Below are positions 1-9,439 of a stretch of DNA of 64,000 nt, piece after piece. Location: positions 3,513,838 to 3,577,837 of the forward strand of contig OZ251518.1 in assembly GCA_965242965.1 (NCBI GenBank), given 5' to 3'. The notes beneath the pieces were generated by a model. It worked only from the letters and a program-made list of their open reading frames with translations. It searched no databases and had not been told where the DNA came from. The DNA comes from Candidatus Poribacteria bacterium (GTDB lineage: Bacteria > Poribacteria > WGA-4E > WGA-3G). The translations under genes were made by a program, and so were the position numbers. Every line of letters begins with the position of its first letter. Within the stretch, counting starts at the first letter, position 1.

Positions 1-440
1 AGAGCCTGTTCCTTCTCTGTTAACGAAACCCCTTCTGTCAAGTTGACCTTCGTGTCAAATTCAGGGTTAACGCCTCGTGCAATCAGCGGTTTTCCGTCGG
101 CATCCATGATAATGAATGAAAACGGCTTCGATCTGTCTTCGGCGAGTGATTCCTCCCGAAGAATCTCAATCAGTTGTTTCTGTAGCGTCCTATCTTCGAC
201 GCTCGGCAACAGTGCGGCGAGATTCGCGAAAATGTCCACCTGTTTGTCAATATCGGCATCTAATTGCGAGATTTGCCGCGTATAATACGCGAACGCGAAA
301 ATCAGCGTGCCTAATCCGACGACGAAGTAGAGGAGCATTAACCGCCCGGTCGGATAGTTTTTGTTGTTCGCAACCTGTTGCGCGCTTTTGCGAAGCAACG
401 CACGCAGTTTGTCTAGGCGTAACCTTTTTGGTGCAATCAT
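1..440 (-). CDS. membrane protein, N-terminal portion (partial; gene continues past window start)
   Basis: Minus-strand ATG at 440..438 gives MIAPKRLRLDKLRALLRKSAQQVANNKNYPTGRLMLLYFVVGLGTLIFAFAYY...; one predicted TM helix, open to position 1. Absent from the ORF track because it has no in-window stop. Confidence 0.5.
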   Translation of the reverse strand, partial: MIAPKRLRLDKLRALLRKSAQQVANNKNYPTGRLMLLYFVVGLGTLIFAFAYYTRQISQLDADIDKQVDIFANLAALLPSVEDRTLQKQLIEILREESLAEDRSKPFSFIIMDADGKPLIARGVNPEFDTKVNLTEGVSLTEKEQA

Positions 441-683
441 GTCTGTCTGCGTAACCTGTCAAGCGTTGTTCATTCAACGTTGTCGATGACTAGGTTTTTG
501 GGCTTAATAGACATTTTAGACAAATTTTTTGATACATTAATATTATACCCTATTTTAAACAATTTTTCAAGTTTATTTTGCAAATTTCACAAAATGGGGT
601 ATTATTTCTTGATTTTCTGGCGGCGGCGTGGTAAACTAAATGCAAGGTAACCTTGTTTCTGGGAGAGAAATAGGAAAAATTCA

Positions 684-1439
684 ATGCTCAAAGCAATTAC
701 GTTTGACTTTTGGCAGACACTTTATGCGGATTCGCATGAAAATTGGATGAGACGGCAGGCGGTGCGCGTAGACAAATGCCACGATTACCTGCGCGGCCGC
801 GGGTATGCGTGTGACGTGCCAGGCGTTCAGTCTGCCTTGTCCGCCGCTTACGAGTTGACGCACGTTCGGTGGCATCGGCATGTAGGTGTGCCTGTGGCAG
901 TGGGGATGCAGGAATTAGCATCGGCACTTGATTTCACGCTGGATGCCGAGGAAATTGCGGCACTCGTTTCGGTGATGGGCGCGTCCTTTTTAGCGTCACC
1001 GCCGCGTCTGATACCGCATGTTAAGCCGGTGCTGGAACGGCTCAGCGCGAAGTATCCGCTGGGGATTGTCTCCGATTCCGCGTTGACACCGGGCATGTTC
1101 GTCCGCAAGCTCATGGAACGCGATGGGCTTTTGCACTGCTTTCAAGCGTTCACGTTTTCCGATGAGACAGCGCACACCAAACCCGAAGTCGCGCAATTCC
1201 ATGCCACTTTAGCGCATCTCGGGGTGGAGCCAGCGGAAGCCGTGCATATCGGCGACATTTTCCGCACGGATATCGTCGGCGCGAAGAATGCCGGTATGAA
1301 GGCGATTCGTTTCTGTGGCTTCAACCGCAGTGAACGAAACGACACACTCAGCGATGCTGTCGTTGACGATTATCGCGAATTGGAAGAGGCTATTTTTTCG
1401 TTGTTCGCAATGCGTTTGGATAGTGCTCTGGCGCAATGA
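684..1439 (+). CDS. HAD-superfamily hydrolase
   Basis: N-terminal ITFDFWQTLY (HAD motif I-like) and C-terminal IGDIFRTDIVGAKNAGMKAI (motif IV GDxxxD). ATG at 684. Confidence 0.75.
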   Translation: MLKAITFDFWQTLYADSHENWMRRQAVRVDKCHDYLRGRGYACDVPGVQSALSAAYELTHVRWHRHVGVPVAVGMQELASALDFTLDAEEIAALVSVMGASFLASPPRLIPHVKPVLERLSAKYPLGIVSDSALTPGMFVRKLMERDGLLHCFQAFTFSDETAHTKPEVAQFHATLAHLGVEPAEAVHIGDIFRTDIVGAKNAGMKAIRFCGFNRSERNDTLSDAVVDDYRELEEAIFSLFAMRLDSALAQ

Positions 1440-1531
1440 CGTAAGTTTGCATAGCTTGTCAAGGACTGGCACACGTGCTAGCCGTTTGACGTTGTTGATG
1501 ACTACGTTTTTTTAGAGAGGAGGCGAGTCCT

Positions 1532-2431
1532 ATGGGAACCACCGTATTGATTACTGGCGCGACCGGCTTTATCGGCAGTCGCGTCTGTGACGCGCTCGTC
1601 GAGAGAGGCGATGCATTTGGAGTCCTCTCTCGAAATCCGGCACGCGCGCGTGAGAAGTTCAGCGCGGCGAAAGTTGTCCACGGCTGGGATACCGAGGCGG
1701 AGTCCGTCTCAGGCGTAGAGGCAGTGATGCATCTCGCGGGTGAGACTATCGCGGGCCGGTGGAATGCCGAGAAAAAACGGCGGATTCGAGAGAGCCGCAT
1801 CACCTCCACACAGCAGCTTGTCGGTTTGCTCGCCGCTGCTGAAAAGAAGCCTTCCGTGCTGGTTTGCGCCTCGGCAATCGGTTACTACGGCGATAGCGGC
1901 GATGCAGATTTCACAGAAACTTCCGCTGCCGGTACCGACTTCCTCGCCGAAGTCTGCCAGGAGTGGGAGGCGGAGGCACTCAAAGCGACAGAACTCGGCA
2001 TCCGTGTCGTCACGGTGCGCATTGGCCTGGTGCTTGGTAACGGCGGTGGATTGTTGGCGCAGGTGCTTCCGCCGTTTAAAATGGGTGTGGGCGGCAAACT
2101 CGGCAGTGGTAATCAGTGGATGTCGTGGATTCACGTTGACGATGTCGTCGGTATCTTGCTGCATGCGATGGACAACGCCTCGGTAAGCGGTGCGCTCAAC
2201 GCGACGGCACCCGCACCGGTGAGAAACATAGAATTTACGAAGACACTCGGTGCAGTGTTAGGGCGGCCGACGTTGTTCCCCGTACCGAAGTTCGGTTTGA
2301 AGTTAATGATGGGCGAATTCGCGGATTTTGTCGTGCTGAGCCAAAAAATTCTGCCGGAGAAAACAGAAGCGAGCGGCTATGCATTTCAGCATCGGACGCT
2401 GGAATCGGCACTGAGGGCATGTCTGGCATGA
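1532..2431 (+). CDS. NAD-dependent epimerase/dehydratase family protein (TIGR01777/YfcH-like, SDR39U1)
   Basis: LITGATGFIGSRV Rossmann motif, ~300 aa with a DUF1731-like C-terminus; GGAGG RBS upstream of the ATG. Confidence 0.85.
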   Translation: MGTTVLITGATGFIGSRVCDALVERGDAFGVLSRNPARAREKFSAAKVVHGWDTEAESVSGVEAVMHLAGETIAGRWNAEKKRRIRESRITSTQQLVGLLAAAEKKPSVLVCASAIGYYGDSGDADFTETSAAGTDFLAEVCQEWEAEALKATELGIRVVTVRIGLVLGNGGGLLAQVLPPFKMGVGGKLGSGNQWMSWIHVDDVVGILLHAMDNASVSGALNATAPAPVRNIEFTKTLGAVLGRPTLFPVPKFGLKLMMGEFADFVVLSQKILPEKTEASGYAFQHRTLESALRACLA

Positions 2432-3762
2432 ACGTCCTTCGCGAGATTTCACTTTCTGAATACGGAAAAGCGTCAAGCACGCCTTCCCCGATAAATCGGT
2501 TGATGACAGATTTCGCTGTTGATTTTCGGGATGGATGGGACATCAACCTCGGCGCGGGCTATGTCAACGAAAACACTATTCCGCGCGAACAGATTCTGCA
2601 TGCGTGTGGAGAAGTGCTCGCGCGTCCCGAAAAGTATCGCGCCGCGCTCAATTACGGCGGCGCGCAAGGTTCGCCGAACCTGATTGCGTCCCTCCGCCGG
2701 TTTTACGTTGAGAACCGCATCGGCGGCATGACAGAACAAACCTTCCGCACGCGAGATATTCTCATCGGCGCGAACGGCGCGACGAGTCTGTTGGAAGGCA
2801 TCACGCAACTGCTACCGGCAGGTATCGTTCTCACTGCCGAACCGATGTATTATATTTACTGCAATGACTTGGGTAGAAAGGGCTTCCGCGTTATCGCCAT
2901 CCCTGAAGATGACGAAGGACTTCAGACAGAACTACTGAAGGCGAAGTTAAAGCGGTTGGGACGCGAGAAGGATGCGATTCGCTTTGTCTATGTCGTAACG
3001 GTGAACAACCCGACGAGCACCATCATGTCCAATCGCCGCATGCGGGAATTGGTGGAGATTGTTACGCGGTTGTCTCACGAAATCGGCAGGAAAATCCCGC
3101 TCTTTTTTGATAATGCGTATCGCGATTTAGTGCATGATTCGTCTGTGGAGCCGATAGTTTCTCCGATGCTTGATGATACCCTCGGCATCGTCTATGAAAT
3201 CGGCACGTTGTCCAAGATTCTCGCGCCGGGGATGCGTATCGGCTATCTTATCGGGCCGAAAGGTGATTTTTTCAACGGCATGGTGCAGCGGACTACAGAT
3301 ATTGGGTTTAGCGCGCCGTTAATCAACCAAGAAATCGCCAGTTACTTGCTTGACAACGGCATTGAAATGCAAATAACGAAGGTGAATGGCGCGTACCGAC
3401 AGAAGGCGACACAGGTGAAAGCGTGGATAGCAGCACTGCTCGGCGATGAGATTGCGGCGTGCAGCGGCGGGAGCGCGGGGTTCTATTTCTATCTGACACT
3501 TTCACGTGTTGAGACAGGCGCGGGGAGTGACTGTTTCAAGTTTTTGACGCGGACTACCGGGGATGCCGAGATAGATGGCACGGTAAGTGCCCCGCAGCCA
3601 AAGGTGATTTACATTCCGGGTGAGCACTGCGTCCATCCTGAAGGCGATATGGTTGAGGTTGGCAAGCGGCAGTTGCGTATCTCTTACGGGTTTGAGGAGC
3701 TCCCGCAGCTTCACACGGCGTTGAAGCTGATGAAAGCTGCGATAGATTTTAGTTCCCGGTAG
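2419..3762 (+). CDS. PLP-dependent aminotransferase (class I/II fold)
   Basis: SKILAPGMRIGYLIGP lysine-containing motif and NPTS... region typical of fold-type I aminotransferases. Overlaps the upstream stop; an alternative ATG at 2428 gives an ATGA overlap. Confidence 0.75.
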   Translation: MSGMNVLREISLSEYGKASSTPSPINRLMTDFAVDFRDGWDINLGAGYVNENTIPREQILHACGEVLARPEKYRAALNYGGAQGSPNLIASLRRFYVENRIGGMTEQTFRTRDILIGANGATSLLEGITQLLPAGIVLTAEPMYYIYCNDLGRKGFRVIAIPEDDEGLQTELLKAKLKRLGREKDAIRFVYVVTVNNPTSTIMSNRRMRELVEIVTRLSHEIGRKIPLFFDNAYRDLVHDSSVEPIVSPMLDDTLGIVYEIGTLSKILAPGMRIGYLIGPKGDFFNGMVQRTTDIGFSAPLINQEIASYLLDNGIEMQITKVNGAYRQKATQVKAWIAALLGDEIAACSGGSAGFYFYLTLSRVETGAGSDCFKFLTRTTGDAEIDGTVSAPQPKVIYIPGEHCVHPEGDMVEVGKRQLRISYGFEELPQLHTALKLMKAAIDFSSR

Positions 3763-3796
3763 GCGCGCTTTGCAAGCGCGCCTATTGATGCTTTGG
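3763..3796. terminator. hairpin TAGGCGCGCTTTGCAAGCGCGCCTA between convergent genes (family-F palindrome)
   Basis: Perfect 9-bp stem with a 7-nt loop, seen directly. The same palindrome recurs at 5103-5140, 8190-8215 and 18213-18240. Confidence 0.45.
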
Positions 3797-3801
3797 GGAA
3801 C

Positions 3802-4620
3802 CTAGGCCGATTTGACAAATCCGATGAGCGTCTGCACCAGCCATTCTGTATCTGGGAATTCCTCAAACGTCTTATGCAGCATCGCGAATTCAAGTTCCGC
3901 GAGGTAGCGTGCCTCTTCCTGCGCGTTTATCTCCTGTCTCCATTGCTTGAGAGCCGTGCGTTTACCCCCTGTTTCAATGTCGTGCATGCAAGCCGCAATA
4001 AGGTGGCTGTGCGTCTCCGCGGCTTTCATGAATTCCGAAGGATTTCCATTGAAATTTGCGCGTACGTCATCGTCAAGATGGCACCATTCTGTCATCCCTG
4101 CAAGCGCGAAAATCTGAAGTTCCTGGCGGTTCCGGTGAAGTGCATGTTGCCACGGTGCCAGTTCGTTGCGGAGATGCTGGATGTCATCACGCGTTTTTAC
4201 GGTGATGTTGAGATTTCCGTTAGTCCTCTCAATACCCTTACGGCCCGGATGGTGCCGGAAGAGTGTCAATTTGAGCCCGGTGATGGTAGTCGCGAGTAGC
4301 ACGTCTGGGTAAAGACGATGCGCGGGAACGATGTGCGCTTCGACATGTCTGCGGAGGGATTTTTCAATGTGCGCGAGCATTGCTAGCGTGTCGCCTTCAT
4401 AGTCCCACTCCTCAAGTTCATCGATGGCAGCGGGTTCAACGCCGAGGAGTTTGGCAAATTCCGATTGCGTCAGCCCAGTGGAGGTGCGTAAATTGTAGAT
4501 ATGTTCGGCAATCTTTAATTTAATCTCTTCACTAAGCGGCCCTTCTATTTTGGGGTGTCGCCCTAAATAAAACTGAGATATGGACGCAACCCCAGATGTG
4601 ATTCTGCTTTGTTCACTCAT
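3802..4620 (-). CDS. HTH XRE-family DNA-binding protein with an uncharacterised ~190-aa C-terminal domain
   Basis: TGLTQSEFAKLLGVEPAAIDELE helix-turn-helix. Start chosen at ATG 4620 (MSEQSRITS...), preceded by AGGAGA 7 nt upstream; the longer ORF to 4740 runs into a repeat. Confidence 0.65.
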   Translation of the reverse strand: MSEQSRITSGVASISQFYLGRHPKIEGPLSEEIKLKIAEHIYNLRTSTGLTQSEFAKLLGVEPAAIDELEEWDYEGDTLAMLAHIEKSLRRHVEAHIVPAHRLYPDVLLATTITGLKLTLFRHHPGRKGIERTNGNLNITVKTRDDIQHLRNELAPWQHALHRNRQELQIFALAGMTEWCHLDDDVRANFNGNPSEFMKAAETHSHLIAACMHDIETGGKRTALKQWRQEINAQEEARYLAELEFAMLHKTFEEFPDTEWLVQTLIGFVKSA

Positions 4621-4740
4621 TGGTGCTCTCCTGTGTGTGAGTGCCCGGGTCTTGCTCAAAATTGCGTTTGTTGCGGAGCGCGCGTTGGATTTCATTTTCG
4701 GGTGCGGCGGCACTCTTTTTGATGATGCCATGATCTCCAT

Positions 4741-5160
4741 ACATCCCGGTAGGAGAGACCTCCCGGTCTCGATGCCGCGGTGGGCTTATTTTCTCGTGCA
4801 GGCGTGCCTTATCTTGACCTGTTCGGGTGCAGGCGCACCCGAACTATAGGGCTTGGGTGCGCGCCGCCTGTAGTTCAGGAGCGCCTGCTCCTGAATTGGT
4901 TGTGCTAGGCGATTGCAAACGACAGCGGGTGTCTCAATGTTTTCCCGATACGAAAAATCGAGACCGGGAGGTCTCTCCTACGGGGACATCGCTTGCATCG
5001 AGATCAGGAGGTCTCTCCTACAAGGACATCGCTTGCTCGGTATTCACCCCCAATCGGGATAAATACCGAAACGGATTTATGAAACACCCTCATTTTAGTC
5101 CCCGGTAGGCGCGCTTTGCAAGCGAGCCTACCGGGCCGGGGGAGGTTTTCAAGGATACGC
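4741..5160. repeat. composite intergenic repeat island (families A, D, E, F)
   Basis: Contains CCGGTAGGAGAGACCTCCCGGTCTCGATG, the palindrome GGTGCAGGCGCACCCGAACTATAG...CTGTAGTTCAGGAGCGCCTGCTCCTGAA, two GAGACCGGGAGGTCTCTCCTAC units, TTATGAAACACCCTCA and TAGGCGCGCTTTGCAAGCGAGCCTACC. Confidence 0.85.
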
Positions 5161-5170
5161 GGATTGGAGG

Positions 5171-5629
5171 CTAGAGAATCTCGACAACAGCTCCTAGAAC
5201 TTCCAAGCGTTCCTTTATTTCCGCAGCGGCTTCGCGACTGATTCCCTCTTGGATAATGACAGGGGCAGATTCAACCTTTTCCTTTGCTTCCTTCAGGGAT
5301 AATCCGGTAATGTCACTAACGACGACAATCACGTCCGCCTTTTGATGGGATTTGCCTAAACTTTCTAGGGTAACCCCATATCCTTCGCGAGAGATCTCCT
5401 CTCTTTGGACGGTAGGACCTGTCGTTTCTCCTACGATAGGATCCCTCCTTTCTTCAGCATCCTTTTTTTCACTCGGGTGCTGCTGAAGTTTGTCCAAGCT
5501 TTGCGCAATTCTCCGAAGATCTTCCGCGATGCTCTTCAGATGCACCCGCATCCCATAGAGGCTGCTGACGATGAGGATAACGATAATGATATGGATAAGG
5601 ACGGCGATGAGATAGACTACTTCAACCAT
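5171..5629 (-). CDS. membrane-anchored protein with a ribosomal bL12 (L7/L12) C-terminal-domain-like module
   Basis: N-terminal hydrophobic helix VVYLIAVLIHIIIVILIVSSLY. C-terminus DVIVVVSDITGLSLKEAKEKVESAPVIIQEGISREAAAEIKERLEVLGAVVEIL closely matches the bL12 CTD consensus (...[50 protein letters not shown]). Its start overlaps the upstream DUF433 gene by 8 nt. Confidence 0.7.
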   Translation of the reverse strand: MVEVVYLIAVLIHIIIVILIVSSLYGMRVHLKSIAEDLRRIAQSLDKLQQHPSEKKDAEERRDPIVGETTGPTVQREEISREGYGVTLESLGKSHQKADVIVVVSDITGLSLKEAKEKVESAPVIIQEGISREAAAEIKERLEVLGAVVEIL

Positions 5630-5837
5630 TGCAATTTGCCTCCTTTCGTTGGGCTGCGAAACCGAGGGCGGCCCGAATACCTTCCTCAGTTAAGCGCGGA
5701 TGCGCCTCAAGCAGCTGCTCGAACGTTTCGCCGGCTGATAACTTCTCCAAAATTAATTCAACCGTAAGTCGCGTGCCGGCGATAACCGGCTTCCCCATCA
5801 TGATTGAGGGGTTGGATTGTATCAATTGAGTTGTCAT
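5622..5837 (-). CDS. DUF433-family small protein (antitoxin-like)
   Basis: MTTQLIQSNPSIMMGKPVIAGTRLTVELILEKLSAGETFEQLLEAHPRLTEEGIRAAL matches the DUF433 pattern. ATG at 5837 with GAGGT 7 nt upstream; the longer ORF to 5894 lacks an RBS. Confidence 0.7.
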   Translation of the reverse strand: MTTQLIQSNPSIMMGKPVIAGTRLTVELILEKLSAGETFEQLLEAHPRLTEEGIRAALGFAAQRKEANCNG

Positions 5838-5875
5838 GTTCAGACCTCGGGTTTTTGATTTGGTGTTGTGAGGTG

Positions 5876-6682
5876 CTACCACCGCACCTGACAAAACTCT
5901 TCATAATCAATAAGTTTGTCAATCGTCGGATTTGCGCCGCACATCGGACAATTCTCATCGTGACGGAGTTTCAATCGCTTGAAATCCATCGTCAGCGCGT
6001 TGAAAAGCAGCAGACTGCCGATGAGCGGTTCACCGATGTTGAGCAGCACCTTAATCGCTTCAACGGCTTGAATCGTGCCGATGATGCCGGGCAACACGCC
6101 GAAAACCCCTGCCTCTTGGCAGCTCGGCACCATCCCCGGCGGCGGGGGTTCCGGATAAAGGCACCGATAGCACGGCCCTTTGCCCGGATAAAAGACAGTT
6201 ACCTGTCCCTCAAATTGGAAGATGCTCCCGTGCACGATAGGTTTACCTAACATCACGGAGGCATCGTTGAGGAGATATCGCGTCGGCAAGTTATCGCAGC
6301 CGTCCACAATCAACTCGTATTGCTCCAAAATGCGGAAGGCATTTTCAGAGGTGATGCGTTCGTTATGCGGAATCACCTTGACATCAGGGTTCATCTCGGT
6401 AATAGTAGCTGCGGCAGACTGCGTTTTCGGGATGCCGATATCGCTGGTGCCGTGCAAAATCTGCCGTTGCAAATTGCTCCTATCTACGACATCGTCATCA
6501 ATGATACCCAGCGTGCCGACACCTGCCGCCGCCAGATACACACCCACCGGTGAGCCGAGTCCACCTGCACCGATGAGAAGCACTTTTGATTCAAGCAGGC
6601 GCGTCTGCCCCATCCCGCCTACTTCTTTGAGGATGATATGCCGACTATACCGCTCAATCTGTTCGTTGCTGAAGTTAAACAT
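5876..6682 (-). CDS. moeB: MoeB/ThiF-family E1-like adenylyltransferase
   Basis: YSRHIILKEVGGMGQTRLLESKVLLIGAGGLGSPV nucleotide-binding motif and C-terminal CxxC...CPMCG zinc motif; ~268 aa. Confidence 0.85.
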   Translation of the reverse strand: MFNFSNEQIERYSRHIILKEVGGMGQTRLLESKVLLIGAGGLGSPVGVYLAAAGVGTLGIIDDDVVDRSNLQRQILHGTSDIGIPKTQSAAATITEMNPDVKVIPHNERITSENAFRILEQYELIVDGCDNLPTRYLLNDASVMLGKPIVHGSIFQFEGQVTVFYPGKGPCYRCLYPEPPPPGMVPSCQEAGVFGVLPGIIGTIQAVEAIKVLLNIGEPLIGSLLLFNALTMDFKRLKLRHDENCPMCGANPTIDKLIDYEEFCQVRW

Positions 6683-6722
6683 TTTTTGTTGTTCCTATCG
6701 GATGAGTCAATCGGTTAAATTG

Positions 6723-7018
6723 AGGGTGTTTCATAACTCGCCCAACGTCGCGAGGACAGTCACCGGTGCTGCGGTAAAAAAACGCCGCTCCTTCACGTAG
6801 GGCGTGGGCCCTCGCATGCCACACGCGCATGCGAGCGGGTTTCCCTCGCCATGCGTTTGGCTGTCAGACCGCATCCCCTCTGTAGGTCAGGATCGCCTGA
6901 TCCTGACTCGTTTGTGATCAGGCGATCACAAACTACAGAGGTGGGCCCAATGCCTGCCGGTATTCGCCCTCCCTCCAAGGGCGGAATAAATACCGAAACG
7001 GTGTTATGAAACACCCTC
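6723..7018. repeat. repeat island bracketed by inverted TGAGGGTGTTTCATAA copies
   Basis: Left end GAGGGTGTTTCATAACTCG at 6723-6745 and right end TTATGAAACACCCTCAG at 7002-7018 in opposite orientation; interior holds the family-D palindrome CTCTGTAGGTCAGGATCGCCTGATCCTGAC...GATCACAAACTACAGAGG. Confidence 0.8.
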
Positions 7019-7020
7019 AG

Positions 7021-7599
7021 TTAACCGGTTAAATTGGCGCGGAGCTCCGAAAGCGGTTTATCGGAATTCGCGGAAATCCGAAGAGCGAACCGTTCGCGCG
7101 CGTCCTCCGAAGTCCGTTTCACCGTAAAAGCATCGTTGCCATACATCTGCTGCAGCACGGGAGTGAGAACTGCCTGGAGGGTATCCGCTGTCGCCTGCGT
7201 ATTCGGCGCGAGATTGCGGTTGTTCACCATAAATAGGAGATTCGCGCCGCTGAAATGCACGGCATCTTCCAATTCGGCGGACGCTTCCAACTGTTCGCAT
7301 TTGGACAGTACTTCCGCAAGTGCCTGGCGAATCTTTTCGGCGTTGTCGCCTTTGACGGCGTGCTTCCGGTTGTAGAGGAAGCCCGGCTGATGCCACGCGT
7401 TGTCAATGCTGTAGTTAGCGCGCTTGGAAATCAGCAGCACGCCCGGTCCCGCGTCGACATGCGAATAATCGGCGTAGTTGAGATAGTCATCTTGCTCACC
7501 TTCGTCCATCCAGCGGTTGAAAACCTTGATGAAGTCGGTGTAGTTGATACGGCTGTCTTCGGTGGTAAACACCTTGATATTAATCTGTTGTAAATCCAT
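7021..7599 (-). CDS. hypothetical protein
   Basis: 192-aa ORF with no recognisable motif; two direct copies of CGCATTGCGAA(A/C)A(G/A)ACAAAAA lie immediately upstream of its ATG (7600-7645). Confidence 0.55.
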   Translation of the reverse strand: MDLQQINIKVFTTEDSRINYTDFIKVFNRWMDEGEQDDYLNYADYSHVDAGPGVLLISKRANYSIDNAWHQPGFLYNRKHAVKGDNAEKIRQALAEVLSKCEQLEASAELEDAVHFSGANLLFMVNNRNLAPNTQATADTLQAVLTPVLQQMYGNDAFTVKRTSEDARERFALRISANSDKPLSELRANLTG

Positions 7600-7689
7600 T
7601 TTTTGTCTTTCGCAATGCGGTTTTTGTTGTTCGCAATGCGTTCGGCTACGTCTTTTGTTGTCTGACGTTTCCTTACGTTAGAGGGCTCT

Positions 7690-7780
7690 CCTACTGGGAG
7701 GAGTCGAGACCGGGAGGTCCCTCCTACCAAGGCAGGAGTCGAGACCGGGAGGTCTCTCCTACCCAGAGGGTATTGAGATT
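7690..7780. repeat. three tandem family-A hairpin units (GAGACCGGGAGGTC(T/C)CTCCTACC)
   Basis: Seen directly at 7694-7720, 7727-7750 and 7752-7776. Confidence 0.8.
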
Positions 7781-7928
7781 CTGTCATCGACTATTGACGT
7801 TGTCGATGGTTGTCGATGCCTCGTTTTCTGGTGCTAATTGCTACCAGTCGTGAAAGTGTGAAAAAACTCGTTAGGCGCGGCGTTGCAAACGCGCGTGTTC
7901 CTCGTGAAAATAGGCTCGGTTGATTCCT

Positions 7929-8174
7929 TTAGGCTATCCCCAGTTCGCTCACGTTTTGCCCATCAACGCTGACAACGGTGACTTCCGCTGAGGGTAGCCA
8001 GAAAATCTGCCCATTGTTGTCACAGATACAAACCATTGCGTATTCGCCTGCGTCTACGTTGGCGAGAAAATTGCCCAAAAAAGCGTTCGGTGCCGCCGAC
8101 TTATAGGCACCAAAACCGGTGCCGAGCAAACAGTAACGTTTGCCGGTTCGCACGTATTCCACGATTGTTGCCAT
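7929..8174 (-). CDS. hypothetical small protein
   Basis: 81-aa ORF; a plausible promoter TTGCAC-N17-TAAACT and GATTGCGAAAGACAG x2 direct repeats (8338-8367) lie upstream. Confidence 0.45.
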   Translation of the reverse strand: MATIVEYVRTGKRYCLLGTGFGAYKSAAPNAFLGNFLANVDAGEYAMVCICDNNGQIFWLPSAEVTVVSVDGQNVSELGIA

Positions 8175-8389
8175 CTGTTCTTCCTTCGTAGGCGCGCTTT
8201 GTCATCGCGCTTCCCAAATGGGCGTTTTAGGAATTCGCGTCCAGTTTGGACGTTATTAGTTTAACACAAACCGTAATCTCGTGCAAGCGATTTTCATTCT
8301 CGCTAGAAAACCGCCGTCCCTCTGTCGCGCGAGTGCCTGTCTTTCGCAATCCTGTCTTTCGCAATCCTGCCTGGCGCAATCTCGTTCCG

Positions 8390-9406
8390 TTACTGAACCT
8401 CCTCATTCGCGCGCTTCACCAACGCATTCATGTAGGCGATGGTATACGCGGTGCCAACGCGAGAATCGCCAGCCATGCTCGGAATGTGGTCTGGAATCAT
8501 CACGCCGTTGAAGTTCACCTCTCGAAGAACCTTCGCAACCTGATACATATCCTGATAGCCGTTGTCGACGAACGTCTCCACGAAGTGCGGGAGCGGCTGA
8601 TCTACGTTGCGGAAATGCACCTTGAAAATCTTGCCGCGTTCGCCGAAGTATCGGATAGATTCAATGACATCTTTGCCCATCAATTCGCCGCCTTCGAGCC
8701 AGCAGCCGACGCAGAAGCACATCCCGACGTTCGGGCTATCCGCAATCTCAAGCGCGCGTTTGTAGCCCTCGAAACTGCTGAAAATGCATCGCGGAATGCC
8801 GGCGAGATGCACTGCCGGCGGATCATCGGGATGGATGCCTATCATCACGCCTGCCTCCTCGGCGACAGGCGCGGCTTCCTTGATGAAGTGCGCGTAGTTA
8901 TCCCACAACTCCGCCTCGCTGAATTCGCGTCCGTGCGAAAGCGGCATCGGGTAGGTATTACCACCCCAGTGTCCCTCTTGCGCGGTTTCCAGATTGAACG
9001 CCCGCGCGCTTGCACCGCCACGCGTCGTCTCGCGCGCAGTGCTCCAAATGCCGTTGCCCATGTGCGCATACGTCGTGTAGGGAATCCCGGCTTTGCCCAA
9101 GTCGCGAATATACCGCTTATACTGCTCAAGTTTGGCATCGCGATTCGCTAGGTTCAACACGATGCTGTCCTGATTATGGACATCGCTGTTGCCGAATCCA
9201 TAAATTTTCAGACCGGCGTTCTCGAAAATCTCGCGGCGGCTCATGAAATAGTCGTAATTTGCATTCGCGCCGTTCGTCCACAGCACCACGTAATCAACAT
9301 CCATCTGCTTAGCAAATTGCAAGTCTTCCGGGGTTGGCTCCGGCGACATCTGCGCCGTGACTTTGATGCCGGGTTCAATGTTTTGTAACGGGTTTTGTGT
9401 TGCCAT
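8390..9406 (-). CDS. uxuA: mannonate dehydratase
   Basis: UxuA-like TIM-barrel sequence (…YFGERGKIFKVHFRNVDQPLPHFVETFVDNGYQDMYQVAKVLREVNFNGVMIPDH…). Start set at ATG 9406 with GGAGG 9 nt upstream; the ORF extension to 9439 lacks an RBS. Confidence 0.8.
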   Translation of the reverse strand: MATQNPLQNIEPGIKVTAQMSPEPTPEDLQFAKQMDVDYVVLWTNGANANYDYFMSRREIFENAGLKIYGFGNSDVHNQDSIVLNLANRDAKLEQYKRYIRDLGKAGIPYTTYAHMGNGIWSTARETTRGGASARAFNLETAQEGHWGGNTYPMPLSHGREFSEAELWDNYAHFIKEAAPVAEEAGVMIGIHPDDPPAVHLAGIPRCIFSSFEGYKRALEIADSPNVGMCFCVGCWLEGGELMGKDVIESIRYFGERGKIFKVHFRNVDQPLPHFVETFVDNGYQDMYQVAKVLREVNFNGVMIPDHIPSMAGDSRVGTAYTIAYMNALVKRANEEVQ

Positions 9407-9439
9407 TTTACGGTTCCTCCGTGAGCGGTGGTTTGTCAT

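Noticed and set aside
3793-4299. 168-aa plus-strand ORF
   Set aside because: Antisense to the HTH-XRE gene, which has a clear RBS and domain; no independent support.
8246-9151. 301-aa plus-strand ORF
   Set aside because: It lies entirely antisense to the well-supported uxuA gene, has no RBS, and its N-terminus lies in direct-repeat DNA. It is a GC-rich antisense artefact.
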